A stretch of 64,000 nucleotides of DNA from Azolla caroliniana. Its lineage: Eukaryota; Plantae; Polypodiophyta. Below are positions 61,401-64,000 of the stretch, in pieces. The translations under genes and the position numbers were made by a program. The stretch covers positions 17,856,001 to 17,920,000 of the forward strand of contig JBHGNT010000006.1 of assembly GCA_043228905.1 (NCBI GenBank), in the 5' to 3' direction. The notes beneath the pieces are model-generated. The model searched no databases, was not told the DNA's origin, and saw only the letters and a program-made list of their open reading frames with translations. Every line of letters begins with the position of its first letter. Position 1 is the first letter of the stretch.

Positions 61401-63885
61401 GCACCATTGTGCGTATATGACGCGAGTGGCGGAAGTGCGTGAGTCAGAGAGCTACGCAGAAGCGGCAAGAGACGCAAATTGGCGTGCCGCGATGGAGGAA
61501 GAGATGTGTGCCTTAACACAGAACGAGACATGGGACTTGGTTGACGCACCGAAGGGTGTGAAACCGATTGGCTGCTGGTGGGCGTATAAAGTGAAACATA
61601 ACACAAACGGCTCTGTCAATTGCTACAAGGTCCGTTTAGTAGCAAAAGGCTACGCGCAGAAGCACGACGTGGACTACGCTGAGACGTTTGCACCGGTCAT
61701 GAAGATGACGACTGTCCATGTCTTGCTCACAGTAGCTGCGGCAAAGGGGTGACACTTACATCAGATGGATGTAAAGAATGCGTTCCTACATGGTGAGCTT
61801 GAGGAACAGGTGTACATGATACACCCCCCCGGATTTCTATCCGAACGAAACACCTCGGTAGTTTGCCGACTAAAGAAGTCATTGTACGAACTTAAGCAAG
61901 CCCCGCAATCCTGGAACGCAAAGATTACGCAACAGTTGCGTAGGATGGGCTTTTCGACATCGAAGTCTGACTCTTCATTATTTGTTCGGCAAAGTCAACA
62001 TGGCCCGGTAAGCCTTCTATTGTATGTTGATGATTTAGTCATCGCCGGTGCCGATCTAGAAGAAATCCGCCGCGTAAAGTCTCAACTTGCGGCATCATTC
62101 GAAATGAAGGATCTCGGAGACCTTCATTACTTCCTCGGGATCGAAGTGATCCGCAACCCCAAATGCATCTTGATCAGCCAGCGTCAATACGCGCTGAATA
62201 TGCTCTTCAAGTTCGGGATGGAAAATTGTAAGCCCATCTCGACCCCTCTGGACAGAAATGTAAAGCTTCGCCGAGATTCGGGAAAGGCGTGCGACCCAAC
62301 ACGGTTCTGACAGATTCTCGGCAGCCTTATCTATCTGACGATTACTCAGCCGGATCTTAGTTATCCAGTTGGCCTAATCAATCAATTCATGTCGCAGCCT
62401 TTCAGTGCACACAACGGATACTGTGTTATGTCAGCGGCACGAAAGACATGACATTGTTTTATCGGGCAGGTATAGCCGAACAGTTAGTCGGCTACACGAA
62501 TGCCGATTGGGCCGGAAACGCCCACGATTGTCGATCCACATCCGGATACGCCTTCTCGTTAGGAAGTGCGGCAATCATGTGGAGCAGCAAAAAGCAGCCG
62601 ACAGTAGCACTGTCGAGCACGGAGGCCGAATATCGAGGGGCGACTGTCGCTACATACGAAGTCATTTGGTTGAAACGGCTATTACGGGTTTTGCAGGTAG
62701 AGGTGTCTGATCCGACGACGATCTATTGCGACAACCTCAGCAGTATCCACCTTGCGAAAAACCTTGTGTTCCACGCTCGGACCAAGCACATTGAGGTGCA
62801 TTACCATTTTGTCCACGAGCGGGTCCTTTCAGGAGAAGTCGAATTGGTGCATGTTTCGACTGATCGACATATTGCCGACATCTTCACAAGTTATGACATT
62901 TCTCAGGTGCGCTTGGGTTGCGTCACCTCGACACGCCGAACTTGAGGAGGAGAAAGGAAGAACAAGGGGAGTGTGAAAGGAGCGGAGGTAACCATCACGA
63001 GGGAAGTGACTTAGATGCGAAGTCGGATGGAGAATTTGACTTCGAACCGGCTGAAGAAGCCGAAGACGGAAGCAAGGGCCGTAAGCATAAGAAGGAGAGG
63101 AGGACAACCGAAACAAGGGGAGATAAGGCCAAGACTAAGACGTGGTCGGATGTTGTCAGGGCCTGAAGATTGAGAACGAATTGGAGACAACCAATTCGGA
63201 TGAGAGTGAAATTGAATCGGAAGAGTTCGATTCAATCGGTATGTTCGATTCGGATACGCCGAATAAACTAAAGGCCATGTGGAGAAAAGGACAGCGAAGG
63301 ACGCGCCGACACCGTGACAACAAGGGACCTGAGAAGGGCCAGATAAGCAGACAAGCCGACTGGAGGGTCGAAGCACGAGGAATCGAATGGGTCGAGGAGC
63401 GCAAGCGAGGCGTGAAGCCAGAAGGAACCAGAGTGTAGATCCGGAAGAGCAGACGAAACCTCAAGTTGAGCTGGAGGGGGAGTGTTGAGTGACAAGCTCA
63501 ACATTGGGTGCGTAATACGGTGCATAACCCAGTGCGTAGACTGGGTGTGTAAAACAATACGCATAACATGGCCGTAGCGGTGCGTAAACTGCAAGGCTGT
63601 TGGAAAGATATTCCACGTAGGAATATTATTTGGAGTTAATGTAGAGCTCATTTATGAGCAGTCAAGTACAATCAGTACTTGTGTCAGCTTGATTGTCAGG
63701 GCTTGTATATAAGGTGCTCACTGAGCACGAAGTATGTACAGAACAGAGAATTATTTTGAATTTGATCTATAGTGTCTCTCTATCTCTGTCTCTGTCTCTG
63801 TCTCCCTCTCCATCTCTGTGTTTTCCGTGTTTACTGAACTACTCTACGTTTATGCACACGCTTCCGCACAACCTATTCTTTTACA
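58478..63885 (+). mobile_element. Near full-length Ty1/Copia element, decayed
   Basis: LTRs at 58478-58878 and 63483-63885, PBS TGGTATCAGAGC, PPT ggagggggag, TSD aggtc/agggc and gag-PR-INT-RT-RH order. Confidence 0.95.
58992..62945 (+). pseudogene. Copia polyprotein with stops, frameshifts and a gag zinc-knuckle deletion (~59565)
   Basis: WYVDSGASNHM, LWHKRFGH, RSDGGKEY, YVDDL, YTNADWAG and RTKHIEVHYHF. Confidence 0.92.
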
Positions 63886-64000
63886 AGGGCTTAGTGTGAT
63901 TTCATTGTCACAATATTCATTGGTTTGACAAATTCATTCAAGATAGTTAATCAATAGGATACATGAAGGATGTAGTTATAAATGTCTAGCTAAGAATTTG

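Overview
Repeat-rich land-plant genomic DNA, possibly from a non-seed plant such as a fern or lycophyte (inferred only from the TE types; the species cannot be determined). There is one clear host gene, a two-exon DWF1/DIMINUTO delta(24)-sterol reductase (51253-53224, +). Most of the rest is transposable elements. The left part holds a two-ORF LINE at the edge, a second LINE 3' fragment, solo and orphan LTRs (one carrying heat-shock elements and a tRNA-Val-like segment) and putative Helitron-like elements. The centre is a 31-kb nest: a decayed chromovirus-type Ty3/Gypsy is split by a Ty1/Copia (16568-45353), which is split by two young non-chromovirus Ty3/Gypsy elements (17009-26882 and 29028-42203). 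The right part has two more Copia copies and a non-autonomous MULE. The most notable system is the young Gypsy family, which has a single gag-pol ORF plus a ~906-aa sense 3' accessory ORF that is not env-like (globular domain, NLS-like motif, long coiled coil), strong CCGG enrichment and no canonical PPT. Other notable points are a 4.9-kb templated copy of one Gypsy element inside its neighbour, and a LINE whose ORF1 and ORF2 are in frame and separated only by TGA-CGG.
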